60,895 bases of DNA from a virus (lineage: Duplodnaviria; Caudoviricetes): IMG/VR virus record IMGVR_UViG_3300012936_000012, positions 1 through 60,895 of that record, one strand, 5' to 3'. This document shows positions 21,433 to 32,026 of this stretch, piece after piece. The notes beneath the pieces were generated by a model. That model had not been told where the DNA came from. It worked only from the letters and a program-made list of their open reading frames with translations, and searched no databases. The number at the start of each line of letters is the position of its first letter. The first letter of the stretch is position 1. A program made the translations under genes and the position numbers.

Positions 21433-24400
21433 ATGCCTTCTAACACACCTAATCTTAGTGATGCTCTACACGAGTTCGACAAGAGCAAACAATATAAACG
21501 AGTCGTATTTCAACAAGGGAAGCCTATCCTGGATATTGACTTGAATGACATGACTGAAGCGATTGAAGCTCAGACTCAATCTCTTCTTATCGAAAAGATG
21601 GGATTCGGTCCGCCGCAGTTAGATTATAGGGATTGGGCAATCCGAAGTGTAGATGGAGATCCTACTTCAACTCGTAATAATCACAATATGGCATTCACTC
21701 TAGGACGTTTAGATACTAGAAAAGGGATAGTGGACACAACACATCTAAAAGAGAGTGATCCAACTAAAGAGAATTGTATTGTTTTTGATACCTACAAAAT
21801 GGAAGTTGCAAATACATCAACTAACACTGATCGTTTGTATGAAAACTACATTCTAAAGGGATCTGCAACAGGTGGTACAACCCAAAAGTTGTATGATGCA
21901 AATAAAGATTTTGTTGCTGACATGGGCTTAACGGGTATTAGTTATAATAATACAGTCACACGAGAGTATTCAACTTTAGTTTCACAAGTAAACTCAGTAG
22001 AAGATACGACTTCTGTTCCATTTCATATCAATATTCAAGAGAGTGCCTGTCGAGTCGTCTTTGTAGGTAATGTCACTGCGGCATTAGCTAATGTCAGTCG
22101 TAATATTACTGGCATCAATGGCTTTGTGCTTGAGCTTGACGCGGTTTTGCCGGCGGTGCCAGCTAACGGAGATCAGTACTACATTGTTCCCGCAAACACG
22201 ATGGAAGAGTATGCTACTCTTTACGATGCAACAACAACTAAAGCTCAAAGTTTAAGTGAAGGACTATCCGGTCTTCCTCAGTTAATGCCTTATGTTCAAG
22301 TTTTTGAAGAAGATATCTCTTCTGAAGAAGACTCTTCTATTCAATCGAATCTACTTGGTAGTGAGACAACACATCGTACGCAATTGCGCTGGTGTATTCG
22401 GATTGCTAAAGTAAAGATGAGTATTGATGGAGATCAATATAATTCTGTCAATGTTGGCAACTTGGAGTTATCTCACATCTTTACTCGGTTCAATGCTATA
22501 TCTGAGTATGAATACCAAACAATGCTCGACTCGGTTGATGCAACAGTATCCAATGATCCTACTTTTTTCCAAACACACTTTTGGAAAGAGTTCAATCAAG
22601 ATGGCACTGCTAGATTAACTAACATGGAGCATCAGGCATCTCCATATAAAGACCTCGGTCTAAGTCCTCTTCACTTCTTCAATGCAGAAGAAATGACTTT
22701 AGATCGATTGATGTGGGGATACTTAAAGGCAGAACTATTGACTGCTTTAGGGCCTAATTTCAACGATGTACAGATTTTGGCTTTGTTTAATAGTGAATCA
22801 AAGACAGCTACAGGAGATCCGGCAAACGAGACTCTTGATCCAATCTTTTTCCCAAATAAAGTAAGGGGAACAACAGAGCCGATTGTTCATTCTTTCTTAA
22901 GTTTGAGTTTCCCTACGGATGAAGGTTTCTCTTTTTCTTATGATGAAGTTGTTCCAGGTAAGTTTAAGTCTCCTCCAAAAGTTTTTGTTTCTCAAGCTGA
23001 TGTTGGCTTAGAAGAAATTAAATCAAGGTCTCTTTTTGGATACAAAGGAGGTCTAATTATTGGACCAACAGCTCCTCTTGTATTTAAGAGCCAAAGTGAG
23101 CATATTGCATTCCTAGATCAAATTGTCATGGGAATGAGTGGTTTAGGTTCGGCACAAGGAATTACAACTCAATATGATGAATCAAGTCGATTGCCATCAA
23201 GTGTAGATTATTATCTTGATAGTACAACTGCAAGTCTAGCTCAAAGTGGGTATGGACTAGGGTCAATTAATCCTATTTCTCCCATAAGCTCTGCTGCACG
23301 TCCAACTGGATTCATATCTGGTTCACAAAAGTATTTACTTCGTGAAAAAGGCAATAGAGCATCACATGAAGTAAATTGGGATGATGATGACTTCGGATGG
23401 AGTCTCTTTAAAAAAGAGGATACAGAGCTAAGAGGAGATTCAACAACACCTGGACCAACAAACCTTGCCATTCGTCAATGGGATGAAGGTCCTGCACAAG
23501 CTGTTGCTTTTCAAAACGGAATTAACTTTAGAAAACTTGCAATCAAGACTATTGCTCATAAGAGTATGGACTTGTTTACGATTTCTGAAGTGCCACCCAA
23601 CGAGAATGTAAATTACTTCTCAAGTCAGGGTGGATCTCAAAACTCTGCAATCTCTTTTCAATATCCAAAAGGTATTGTTTTAGGAGACAATTTACTTGGT
23701 CTTGATTCATACAGTGGTGTTGGTTCTAGTTTAGCAAATAAAAGTGCCTTGATCTATAGACCAACTAGCAACTCTGAGTATAATTTACCTGCTTTGGTTA
23801 ATCCATATCGGGATACTGATGCAATGATTACACACGGCGGGACAAGAGATTCTAGCAACACAGATCTGAGTGCATATTACGGTCCTTGGAATCGTTTTGA
23901 TTCAACCGGCATTGAGACAAATGCAGGTGCAGGTAATCCCTCAAATGTGCCAATGGATACTTGGGCAAACCGATGTACAAGTATGAGACTTCGGTATCAT
24001 ATCGGAGACTTTTATCCAGGCAGTAATGACTCAAGAGGTATCCCTGCAAATCAACTTGTAGATTCACTTAACTTGTTTGTTCGAGTTGAGCCACTTAGTC
24101 TTACACACTGGATGACGATGCCCAAACATCAACACTCAATCCTTGAGAATTCATTCTCGATGGCAGAGGGTATTGAAGCGTTGTTAAAAGTTTCTCACGG
24201 ACTTGGAGATACCCAAAAGTTGATTAACTCGTCTAATCAACCACTGGTTCAATCAACTTCTCCTGCACAAACAGTAGGCATCCCTGGATCTCAAGGTGTT
24301 TTGGCGCAAAGAGATGTGGGAACAATTGATCCATTAGACCTTCCTTTTGACTATCATGCACATCCATTCGTTCATTGGTATCATCCTGCACAACATCTGA

Positions 24401-26451
24401 TTACTGGACCACATCCAAGTGGAGATACATATTCAGATGGTGAGAAATATACTGTTTATCCTAAATTTGGCCGAAGAAGTATGATTATTCCTGCTCTAGT
24501 ACCTTTTGAGGGGTTAGGCGACACATCTACAATGACCAGTGTTCCATCAACAGTTCAAGGACTTTTGGATGGGAGGACTCCTTTTCATTCTAGCACTGAT
24601 AATGACTTAACTATTAGTAATATTGGTATTGAAGGTGCAGAGATTGATGCAACGACAAATGTAATAAATATTGACCGATCAATTTTCCCATACTTGCCAC
24701 ACATGACTAGAAGCACAGACACCGATTCAAGTGTACCGGGAGATACGCAAGTTATCTCGTATACAGGCGGGTCTTATACACTCAATGAAAACTCATTGTT
24801 TTTCCCACATGTACCTCAAAATAATGAGGACACAATACCTGGTCCGGTGTTTATTCCCGCAAGTCGGCAGTATGTAGACCAACAGTATGATTCAAATAGT
24901 AACGCACCAAATGATCCAGGAAATAGAAAACCTGCAATTGGATTTTATCAACCATACATTTCTGAAAACCCATATACCAAGTTCCCAAGTGATCTTACAG
25001 AAATCGATGGTACTACTTTCCCCTACGACGAGTATGTGACGCATTACTTAAAACCAAATGATACAAATACTTCAATTGGTAGTGATTATACAAACAAGTT
25101 AACTAATGATCTACAGAACTCGTACCCAACTTGGTCTGTACCTGTTCTACGTGCAGCAATCAGAACAACAACTGTAGCATCAATTGTTGATTTAGTAAGA
25201 ACATCGTTTACTACTGCCCTATCGAGTGGATCTTTGTCTAGCGAATACACATTCACTATGCCGACAAAGAGTCATACGGCTCAAGGATATAGTAATCAAA
25301 CGCCGGGTCTTGGGCCTGATTCTCCTGTAGATACTTTATTTGCTGGAGACACAGGGACAGCAATGGGCGGTCGTACATACAGAAGCGGATTTATGAATCC
25401 ACTCAACCTAGGTATGGGTGGATATATGCTTAATGTTGGTCTTGTCAACAACTCGTTAGAGAATGCGGCAATTTTGAACGATATATTTCAATATTCAAAA
25501 ACCCTGATCAGCAGTTCTACTCCAGATAATACACACATTTTAGATGTGTTTACTGCTTTAAGCAGACAAGGGCTACAACAAAAACTTCTTTGGAATTGTT
25601 CTTTCCGTGTACTACATCATCGTCCAAATGGATATTTTAATAAGCAAGGTAGTTATCTATCGACAGCACCAAAATCTTTGACAGAAGTTTTTCTAGCACA
25701 CGATAGAAGACCTAATCAAACGCATACAATTTCAAACGCTCCATTTACAGGCACACCAAATACTCCGAACAAAAAACCATATATCAACTTATTAGCAATG
25801 CATCCTGCCTCTTCTGCTATCCCAGGTTCATATTACTTCAATCATTTATACCCCATGGTGAGTGATTCAACCGGTGGGTCACAAACTTCAAGTAGTTTTA
25901 CTGATACTAATGGTCTTTTAAATCTAATTTATGCTCAACCTGCCGTTCAAACGGCTTCCATGGGAGATACTTTTGCTGCAGATCCTTTCGATTATGCAAT
26001 GAGTCAAGCGCATATGCAAGCAAGTAATCCAATGCGAGCAACAGAGAATACAAATCAAAACAGTGGTATTGAGATTGAATTATTGAGTGAGATAAATAGA
26101 GCATTCACAAACAAAACTGCTCTAAATCTTGATGCAACAGCAACGCTGAACGGTACAAATTTTTCTTTAATTGATACGATGCCAAGTGCAAATGAGCTGA
26201 CTTTGCCCGGAGATCACGAAATTGTATTTGTTTTGTATACGGGACACTACGGTCTTAAGATCCATGATGCAAATGATGAAGTAGATACATCGTATATCCC
26301 ATCTGTAGCAGGATGCCATTTGACTGCAACAATTGAAGTCAACCGACCTTCTGAGCGTAAAGATTCTACAAGTACAGATGAGCATCACTACGGAATCACT
26401 GTAGATGGTAATCCAATTAAAACATACTCAATCATGTCTTCAAAGGAGTAG
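21433..26451 (+). CDS. Large tail fibre/baseplate protein with DUF6519-like N-terminus
   Basis: 1672 aa; N-terminal KQYKRVVFQQGKPILDIDLND and internal ETTHRTQLRW. Confidence 0.65.
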   Translation: MPSNTPNLSDALHEFDKSKQYKRVVFQQGKPILDIDLNDMTEAIEAQTQSLLIEKMGFGPPQLDYRDWAIRSVDGDPTSTRNNHNMAFTLGRLDTRKGIVDTTHLKESDPTKENCIVFDTYKMEVANTSTNTDRLYENYILKGSATGGTTQKLYDANKDFVADMGLTGISYNNTVTREYSTLVSQVNSVEDTTSVPFHINIQESACRVVFVGNVTAALANVSRNITGINGFVLELDAVLPAVPANGDQYYIVPANTMEEYATLYDATTTKAQSLSEGLSGLPQLMPYVQVFEEDISSEEDSSIQSNLLGSETTHRTQLRWCIRIAKVKMSIDGDQYNSVNVGNLELSHIFTRFNAISEYEYQTMLDSVDATVSNDPTFFQTHFWKEFNQDGTARLTNMEHQASPYKDLGLSPLHFFNAEEMTLDRLMWGYLKAELLTALGPNFNDVQILALFNSESKTATGDPANETLDPIFFPNKVRGTTEPIVHSFLSLSFPTDEGFSFSYDEVVPGKFKSPPKVFVSQADVGLEEIKSRSLFGYKGGLIIGPTAPLVFKSQSEHIAFLDQIVMGMSGLGSAQGITTQYDESSRLPSSVDYYLDSTTASLAQSGYGLGSINPISPISSAARPTGFISGSQKYLLREKGNRASHEVNWDDDDFGWSLFKKEDTELRGDSTTPGPTNLAIRQWDEGPAQAVAFQNGINFRKLAIKTIAHKSMDLFTISEVPPNENVNYFSSQGGSQNSAISFQYPKGIVLGDNLLGLDSYSGVGSSLANKSALIYRPTSNSEYNLPALVNPYRDTDAMITHGGTRDSSNTDLSAYYGPWNRFDSTGIETNAGAGNPSNVPMDTWANRCTSMRLRYHIGDFYPGSNDSRGIPANQLVDSLNLFVRVEPLSLTHWMTMPKHQHSILENSFSMAEGIEALLKVSHGLGDTQKLINSSNQPLVQSTSPAQTVGIPGSQGVLAQRDVGTIDPLDLPFDYHAHPFVHWYHPAQHLITGPHPSGDTYSDGEKYTVYPKFGRRSMIIPALVPFEGLGDTSTMTSVPSTVQGLLDGRTPFHSSTDNDLTISNIGIEGAEIDATTNVINIDRSIFPYLPHMTRSTDTDSSVPGDTQVISYTGGSYTLNENSLFFPHVPQNNEDTIPGPVFIPASRQYVDQQYDSNSNAPNDPGNRKPAIGFYQPYISENPYTKFPSDLTEIDGTTFPYDEYVTHYLKPNDTNTSIGSDYTNKLTNDLQNSYPTWSVPVLRAAIRTTTVASIVDLVRTSFTTALSSGSLSSEYTFTMPTKSHTAQGYSNQTPGLGPDSPVDTLFAGDTGTAMGGRTYRSGFMNPLNLGMGGYMLNVGLVNNSLENAAILNDIFQYSKTLISSSTPDNTHILDVFTALSRQGLQQKLLWNCSFRVLHHRPNGYFNKQGSYLSTAPKSLTEVFLAHDRRPNQTHTISNAPFTGTPNTPNKKPYINLLAMHPASSAIPGSYYFNHLYPMVSDSTGGSQTSSSFTDTNGLLNLIYAQPAVQTASMGDTFAADPFDYAMSQAHMQASNPMRATENTNQNSGIEIELLSEINRAFTNKTALNLDATATLNGTNFSLIDTMPSANELTLPGDHEIVFVLYTGHYGLKIHDANDEVDTSYIPSVAGCHLTATIEVNRPSERKDSTSTDEHHYGITVDGNPIKTYSIMSSKE

Positions 26452-26454
26452 GAA

Positions 26455-26823
26455 ATGGAAGATATTTTAAAACAACTAGCAGAAGTATTACTACCGGTAT
26501 TTGGTGCGTTATTGACTGCATTAGCGACTTACGGCTCAAATCTTGTTCTTAAACGCCTAGGGATCAAACTTCAAGAAGATCATCAAAGAATGGTTCGAGG
26601 AATGATTCGGTCTGGTATTGCAGGGGCAGAAGAATGGGCGTACCGCAAAGCGAAAATCCAAGGTGATCCGATTGCAGGAGCAGAAAAAGCAAAATGGGTT
26701 CACGAAAGAGTTAAAAAATCTTTTCCAAAGCTTGCTTCAGATGAATTAGATTTATTAATTGATGAAGAACTAGCAAAGATGAAGTCCGTTGGTGCAACTG
26801 GAGAAAAGAGACTTGAGGCATGA
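26455..26823 (+). CDS. Holin (LL-H-like)
   Basis: Single N-terminal TM segment; AEEWA..., GAEKAKW, LDLLIDEEL pattern. Confidence 0.65.
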   Translation: MEDILKQLAEVLLPVFGALLTALATYGSNLVLKRLGIKLQEDHQRMVRGMIRSGIAGAEEWAYRKAKIQGDPIAGAEKAKWVHERVKKSFPKLASDELDLLIDEELAKMKSVGATGEKRLEA

Positions 26824-27056
26824 TTGAATTGATCTTTGGTTTACTATCTACTTTAGTTCCTCTTATTTTGAATGCAGTTTGTGATAAAATAGATAACAAA
26901 CCGAATCAAAAAAAGTTGGAAGGGTTAGATAATGAAATCAAAAATCTCACAGATGCCGAGTCTGACGAAGATGTTGCTGTCGCTTGGGGTAGCCACGACT
27001 ATCGGTTGCGGGCCTTATTGCGAGAAGCCAAACAGAAACAATCCCAAAGATCCTAA
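26820..27056 (+). CDS. Putative i-spanin (Rz-like)
   Basis: N-terminal TM MIELIFGLLSTLVPLIL plus coiled coil; overlapped by a lipoprotein ORF. Confidence 0.55.
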   Translation: MIELIFGLLSTLVPLILNAVCDKIDNKPNQKKLEGLDNEIKNLTDAESDEDVAVAWGSHDYRLRALLREAKQKQSQRS

Positions 27057-27210
27057 AGATCATGTCATAGTTGTTGAAAAGTCAGAAATCATAGAACTTG
27101 AAGATGGATCATTTAAAGTATCCAAAGGTTGGATGCAAGAGCGTATGGCGTTTGAGCAAGAGCTTATGGATTCTCTTAATTATTGCTTACAAGGAACAAC
27201 TGAAAAATGA
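26932..27210 (+). CDS. Putative o-spanin (Rz1-like lipoprotein); true start may be an internal Met
   Basis: Signal peptide KMLLSLGVATTIG-C with lipobox-like Cys and Pro-rich linker; overlaps the previous ORF in another frame. Confidence 0.55.
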   Translation: MKSKISQMPSLTKMLLSLGVATTIGCGPYCEKPNRNNPKDPKDHVIVVEKSEIIELEDGSFKVSKGWMQERMAFEQELMDSLNYCLQGTTEK

Positions 27211-27557
27211 TTTCTGGTATATATAACATGACTATAGAACAGGGCAGTACATACAAGCTTGCTCTGTACTGGAAGAATAGTGCAAACAATCCAGTAGACA
27301 TGACAAACTATACTGCAAAAATGCAGATTAGGTCTTCTACCGGTGCAAGTGTAAAACTATTAGAAGCAACTACGGCATCAGATGAGATTGAAATTTATCC
27401 GCTCCAAGGTGCAATCAATATTACAATTGGACATTTACAAACTGCACAACTAGCTCCATCAGTCGCAGTTTATGATTTAGAAGTGTCTTCTCCTCAGGGG
27501 GAAGTTTTTAAGTTACTCAAAGGTAGAGTAAGGATCGAAGGAGAAGTGACAAGATGA
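27207..27557 (+). CDS. BppU-N-like beta-sandwich virion protein
   Basis: YNMTIEQGST, PVDMTNYTAKMQIR, VYDLEV, LLKGRV..EVTR. Confidence 0.6.
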   Translation: MISGIYNMTIEQGSTYKLALYWKNSANNPVDMTNYTAKMQIRSSTGASVKLLEATTASDEIEIYPLQGAINITIGHLQTAQLAPSVAVYDLEVSSPQGEVFKLLKGRVRIEGEVTR

Positions 27558-28336
27558 AAGTTGATGTATATCCAAATATTACAAATGTAGAAGTATATGA
27601 AAACCCTATTTCTATTCCAGTTGACGCTTCTTGGGAAAAAATGGTCTTCACTGTCCCTGACCCTGTAGTTAATACGTATACTTTAAATCACGAACCGATG
27701 GTTGATAGAGACGGTGATTTTGTTCTAACAGTCACTTTCAACTCAGTCATGGCAGATTATGGTGATGATTTCACGTTAGATGGTAAAATTTTGACATGGA
27801 TTTCTTCTGTTCCGTTAGAGGCAGGAGAAGAGTTGATTGTGTGGTATTCTCCGAAACAAATGTACGGATCAGTACCAGGTGCAAGTGAAGTTTCTTCTTT
27901 AAATCATCTAACAGATGTCACTATTGCAGGGCCGACTCAAGGTCAATTGTTAATTCGAGACAATTCCGGGCAGTTTGTAAATGCAGATCTGACTGCAGGG
28001 ACAGACATTTCGATTATATCTCAATCAGGTACTATTACAATTGCATCAACTGCTTCTGCTGTGCTTCCACTTAGCATTAATACAGTTAATGTAGACTTAG
28101 TTTCAAATAGAGCTTATATATTAGAAACTAACGCTTCTTCGTTAACTGTCTCGTTGCCTGCCTCGGGTAGTCAAGGGGACACAATTGAAGTATCAAGATT
28201 TGGAGTTGAAAGTTTAATTGTTTCGAGAAATGGACATAAGATAAATGGACAAGAATCGGATTTTACAGTTAATACTGACTTAACACACATAACATTTAGA
28301 TATGCCAACACAGATATTGGTTGGTTTGCGAGTTAA
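27554..28336 (+). CDS. Tail fibre-associated protein
   Basis: LTDVTI repeat and C-terminal SLPASGSQGDTI...RNGHKING...GW fibre domain. Confidence 0.6.
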   Translation: MKVDVYPNITNVEVYENPISIPVDASWEKMVFTVPDPVVNTYTLNHEPMVDRDGDFVLTVTFNSVMADYGDDFTLDGKILTWISSVPLEAGEELIVWYSPKQMYGSVPGASEVSSLNHLTDVTIAGPTQGQLLIRDNSGQFVNADLTAGTDISIISQSGTITIASTASAVLPLSINTVNVDLVSNRAYILETNASSLTVSLPASGSQGDTIEVSRFGVESLIVSRNGHKINGQESDFTVNTDLTHITFRYANTDIGWFAS

Positions 28337-28341
28337 AGAAT

Positions 28342-30675
28342 ATGAAAATTAAAGCAAAACAATTCTCACTTGATAGTAGTGTATTACCAACACACAACGC
28401 AGTAGATCTCGGTCACGAAGTAAATCCGATGCAAGTCGTTTACTCAAATGAATTTGTCGGAGATTTAACTGGCGCAGTTACGTTTAAAGCAAAAAATGAA
28501 ACAGGCGCTACTTTGGCAAAAGGTAAAGCAGTCTATGTTTCTGGTGTCTCATCGGGTATTCCTACCGTTGCATTAGCAGACGCAAACGACTCATCAAAGA
28601 TGCCTGCAGTTGGTTTGACTGCAGAGTCTGCATCTAATAATGCAGAAGTGCATATTATATCTTTTGGGGATCTCTCAGGATTAAATACATCTTCGATGGG
28701 GTCAGTTGGGGCTTCTTTCTTCGTTTCAACAACTCCTGGAGCAATAACAACAACTCCTCCTACAGGCTCTTCAAGCAAAATCCAAAATATAGGGCAACTT
28801 ATAAAGCAACATTCAAGTCAAGGGACTATAAGGGTCGTTGGCGCAAGTCAAACTGAAGAAACCCCAAATCTTGATGAGGGTCATTTTTTCTTAGGAAACT
28901 CAAGTGACCAATCAGTTCAAAGTGCATATCAATTACCTACAAGCATCGGAACAAATAATCATGTATTGACAAGCAACGGAACTGATGTTGTTTTTCAAGC
29001 AATATCATCAATAGCATCAGTGTCAGATGCAGATAATGATACTAAAATACAAGTAGAAGAATCTTCAGATGAAGACAAGATTCGATTTGATACTGCGGGG
29101 TCAGAAAGAATGGTCATCACCCATGAAGGCAAGGTTGGGATTGGAGTGGCAACACCAAGTAGCATGCTCGATATAAGTGGAGATCTTGTTGTTAGGGGTG
29201 GAGATATACATGGTAATGCTACAGGAAATCCTGCTATTTCTGTAAACAGTACCACTACTGATGTCACTGTTCCTAATAAGCTTACAGTTGATGGAGATGG
29301 TAGCTCTGATGGCATTAAACTTTCTGATGGCCTTATTGAAATGCGAACAGGTACAGGCAATGTAGCTCAAATCGATATGTATTGTGAATCTACAGGAAAC
29401 CCTCATAAAGTATCTTTAAAAGCTCCTCCGCATTCTGCTTTTTCGGGAAACATTGATTTTGTTTTACCTGCTACAGAAGGCTCTAATGGTCAATATTTAA
29501 AAACTGATGGTAATGGAAATACAAGTTGGGGAACAGTGAGTGGGGGAGGAGGTTCAAGTTTTTCTGCTTCAGACATTACTGGACAGTCTGAGCATAGTCA
29601 TAGTTTACACAATGACGATGATTTTTTAATTGTTTACGATGGCTCTGCTAGTGCTTTAAAGAAGATAAGCAAGGGCAATTTTTTCAAAGGTTATTATACT
29701 GATACTATCCCCGAATTTGCCTCCCTCCAAGTTGGAGATTTTACTTTTGATACAAGCGGTGGCTCAACAAGCCAATACCTTAGACTTAAAATGAATTCTA
29801 ATGAAAATCAAAATGAACCAATCTTTTTGATTGAAAACCAAAGTTCATCAACTTATGGTCCTATTTTAGCTATTGGTATTAGAGAAGATAATTCTAATGC
29901 AGTTGGAGACAATGATACTTTAGGTCAAATAAGATTCCAAGAAACTCAAAGTAATGGTAGTTTAACTCGTTGGGGATCAATCTCTTGTAAAGCCGATGAC
30001 CATACTAATGGATACGGTCAACTAGATTTTAATGTTAAAAGCGGAACTAGTGAAGCTCTAGCTTTGTTGGTTCAAACTTCAAGTGGTGGGACTACTGTTG
30101 ATATAAGAAACCATGATGGAGTTGATTCTGGTTTAAAACTAGGTGGCCAACTTGTGACTTCAAGTGCTTTCGAGCTAAACAAGCTGGATGGTGCAACTGT
30201 TAATGCAACAGAGTTAAACTTACTTGATGGACATACTTCAGTCGGGTCTTCGATTACGATTGCAGATACAGATGGATTTATTGTTAACGATAATGGAACA
30301 ACAAAATTAATCCCTGCTTCAGATCTTAAGAGTTATGCGGGAGGAAGTGGAGGAGGAGGAGCTAATGTAAGTACATCTTCTCCTAGTTCTTCCGATACAC
30401 TTACCTACAGTTCTTCCAATAGTGAAGAATTTTTCATAGTGACACCAAGTGCAGACGTTACACTTACCTTGCCTACAATAGGCAATAACTCTATTCCAAA
30501 CGGATATAAACTTAATATCAAAAATATGAGTTCATCTAACACAATCACTGTTAGTCCAAATAGTACGGGTAGCAATAGAATTGATGGATCATCTAGTATA
30601 TCCCACAGTTTATCTACCCAATATGAAAGCATCACATTTGTATGTGATGGAAATGTGACTTGGTATAGAGTGTAA
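28342..30675 (+). CDS. Tail fibre protein (mosaic)
   Basis: DADNDTKIQVEE..DEDKIRFDTAG, GKVGIG..P, LPATEGSNGQYLKTDGNGNTSW, Gly linkers, C-terminal TLTLP...DG..W domain. Confidence 0.8.
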   Translation: MKIKAKQFSLDSSVLPTHNAVDLGHEVNPMQVVYSNEFVGDLTGAVTFKAKNETGATLAKGKAVYVSGVSSGIPTVALADANDSSKMPAVGLTAESASNNAEVHIISFGDLSGLNTSSMGSVGASFFVSTTPGAITTTPPTGSSSKIQNIGQLIKQHSSQGTIRVVGASQTEETPNLDEGHFFLGNSSDQSVQSAYQLPTSIGTNNHVLTSNGTDVVFQAISSIASVSDADNDTKIQVEESSDEDKIRFDTAGSERMVITHEGKVGIGVATPSSMLDISGDLVVRGGDIHGNATGNPAISVNSTTTDVTVPNKLTVDGDGSSDGIKLSDGLIEMRTGTGNVAQIDMYCESTGNPHKVSLKAPPHSAFSGNIDFVLPATEGSNGQYLKTDGNGNTSWGTVSGGGGSSFSASDITGQSEHSHSLHNDDDFLIVYDGSASALKKISKGNFFKGYYTDTIPEFASLQVGDFTFDTSGGSTSQYLRLKMNSNENQNEPIFLIENQSSSTYGPILAIGIREDNSNAVGDNDTLGQIRFQETQSNGSLTRWGSISCKADDHTNGYGQLDFNVKSGTSEALALLVQTSSGGTTVDIRNHDGVDSGLKLGGQLVTSSAFELNKLDGATVNATELNLLDGHTSVGSSITIADTDGFIVNDNGTTKLIPASDLKSYAGGSGGGGANVSTSSPSSSDTLTYSSSNSEEFFIVTPSADVTLTLPTIGNNSIPNGYKLNIKNMSSSNTITVSPNSTGSNRIDGSSSISHSLSTQYESITFVCDGNVTWYRV

Positions 30676-30677
30676 TT

Positions 30678-31109
30678 ATGAGTTTTTCACCCATACAAGA
30701 AATTAATAAGACATTCATTACTCTAGTTAGAGGAAGTAGTGATTGGAATGATGTAATTGAGTCAAATACAGACTTCTTAGAAGATGCTTCAGACACAATA
30801 AAGACAAAAGATAGTCAATCTATTCCAATGTTTGTAGAGTGTTGTGTGGCGTACGAAGCACTTACAAACCCAAGTACAAGTGCGGCGACTTGGAGGTTTG
30901 CACTTAAGTCTAGTGAGGATGTATATAAATGTGGTCAAATGAGAGGGTGGAGGGGAGGGTCTTACGTTGTAGGAGATGATAAGTGTATTGCAACAGATAC
31001 CAACACATTTACTTACAATGTAATAAATGGGGCAGGTACAAACTACACTTCATTCACAGTTGTTCCTGAGTTTTCTTCTACAATCGTTTTTTTCCCAAGG
31101 AGCATATAG
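30678..31109 (+). CDS. Small beta-rich protein, cassette 1 of 6 (putative receptor-binding module)
   Basis: 143 aa; MSF start; terminal hydrophobic beta-strand. Confidence 0.5.
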   Translation: MSFSPIQEINKTFITLVRGSSDWNDVIESNTDFLEDASDTIKTKDSQSIPMFVECCVAYEALTNPSTSAATWRFALKSSEDVYKCGQMRGWRGGSYVVGDDKCIATDTNTFTYNVINGAGTNYTSFTVVPEFSSTIVFFPRSI

Positions 31110-31529
31110 ATGTCTTATAGAGGTGAATTAAACTCAGAACTCTCAACCTTTACAGTTGTTTCCAACACCTCTGTATCTGCAAATACTTATGTTAGCTTTG
31201 ATACTAGATCAAATAATATAAGCGGTTGTTCTGTTTCATCTAATTCTATTACATTACCTAGGGGGAGCTACTTAGTGAGAGGAGTTATTGGAGGAGAGCG
31301 AAGTGGCTCTGCGGATAGCCTCACTTATAGGTTTGAAGTTGATGGAAGCCTAGTTGGTTCTAAAGGAGGCTTAAACACGACTTATAAAAGTCGTGTAGAT
31401 GATGCAAAGGCTCAATTTAGTGTTTCTTCCACCTCCACACTCAAGTTTAAAGTTATTGAGGAGTCTTCGCACTCAAGTTGGACTATAGAGCCTAATTACA
31501 CATACATTTTGATAATTAGGAGTTTTTAA
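31110..31529 (+). CDS. Small beta-rich protein, cassette 2 (C1q/BclA-CTD-like)
   Basis: VSFDT...ITLPRGSYLV...LKFKV...YILII pattern. Confidence 0.55.
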   Translation: MSYRGELNSELSTFTVVSNTSVSANTYVSFDTRSNNISGCSVSSNSITLPRGSYLVRGVIGGERSGSADSLTYRFEVDGSLVGSKGGLNTTYKSRVDDAKAQFSVSSTSTLKFKVIEESSHSSWTIEPNYTYILIIRSF

Positions 31530-32017
31530 TGACTTATATAAAAGCTCCGTTTTCATACCCTTTAAGTATAAAGGCATTTCATAATTGTTCGGCAACTGCA
31601 TTAAGTGTTAATAGTGTTATAAAGCCCCAAAGTAATGAGACTTTAGCAGGTAGTCCTCAATGTTCGATTACAACATCAAGTGGAATTATCTCCTTACCAA
31701 ACACACAATGTTTATTGATTGGGTCTGTCACTTATAGGAATTACGATTGGGCAAGCTATGTAAGATATAGATGGTATGATAATACTAACTCCCAATACAT
31801 AGGTTCTATTGGTCAAATTAGAGGATTAGATGAAGATCGTTATACATCTAATACAGTTGGGCCAATATCATGCGATGAAGAGGCTATATGTATCGCTCAA
31901 AACATAGATGTAAAGTTAGTGGTGACAGGCATTTCATCTAACGATCTTTATATAGATGGAAGTCACTCTCATGATATTTATGCAGGAAAAACTAGGCTTC
32001 TTGTTTATGAGTTTTAA
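31529..32017 (+). CDS. Small beta-rich protein, cassette 3
   Basis: GIISLP...LLIG...VKLVV...RLLVYEF. Confidence 0.5.
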   Translation: MTYIKAPFSYPLSIKAFHNCSATALSVNSVIKPQSNETLAGSPQCSITTSSGIISLPNTQCLLIGSVTYRNYDWASYVRYRWYDNTNSQYIGSIGQIRGLDEDRYTSNTVGPISCDEEAICIAQNIDVKLVVTGISSNDLYIDGSHSHDIYAGKTRLLVYEF

Positions 32018-32026
32018 GGGTAAATT

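Noticed and set aside
4184-26451. Locus as a bacterial eCIS or tailocin rather than a phage
   Set aside because: Capsid, neck, long tape measure and a full replisome are present; no Afp15-type AAA+ ATPase
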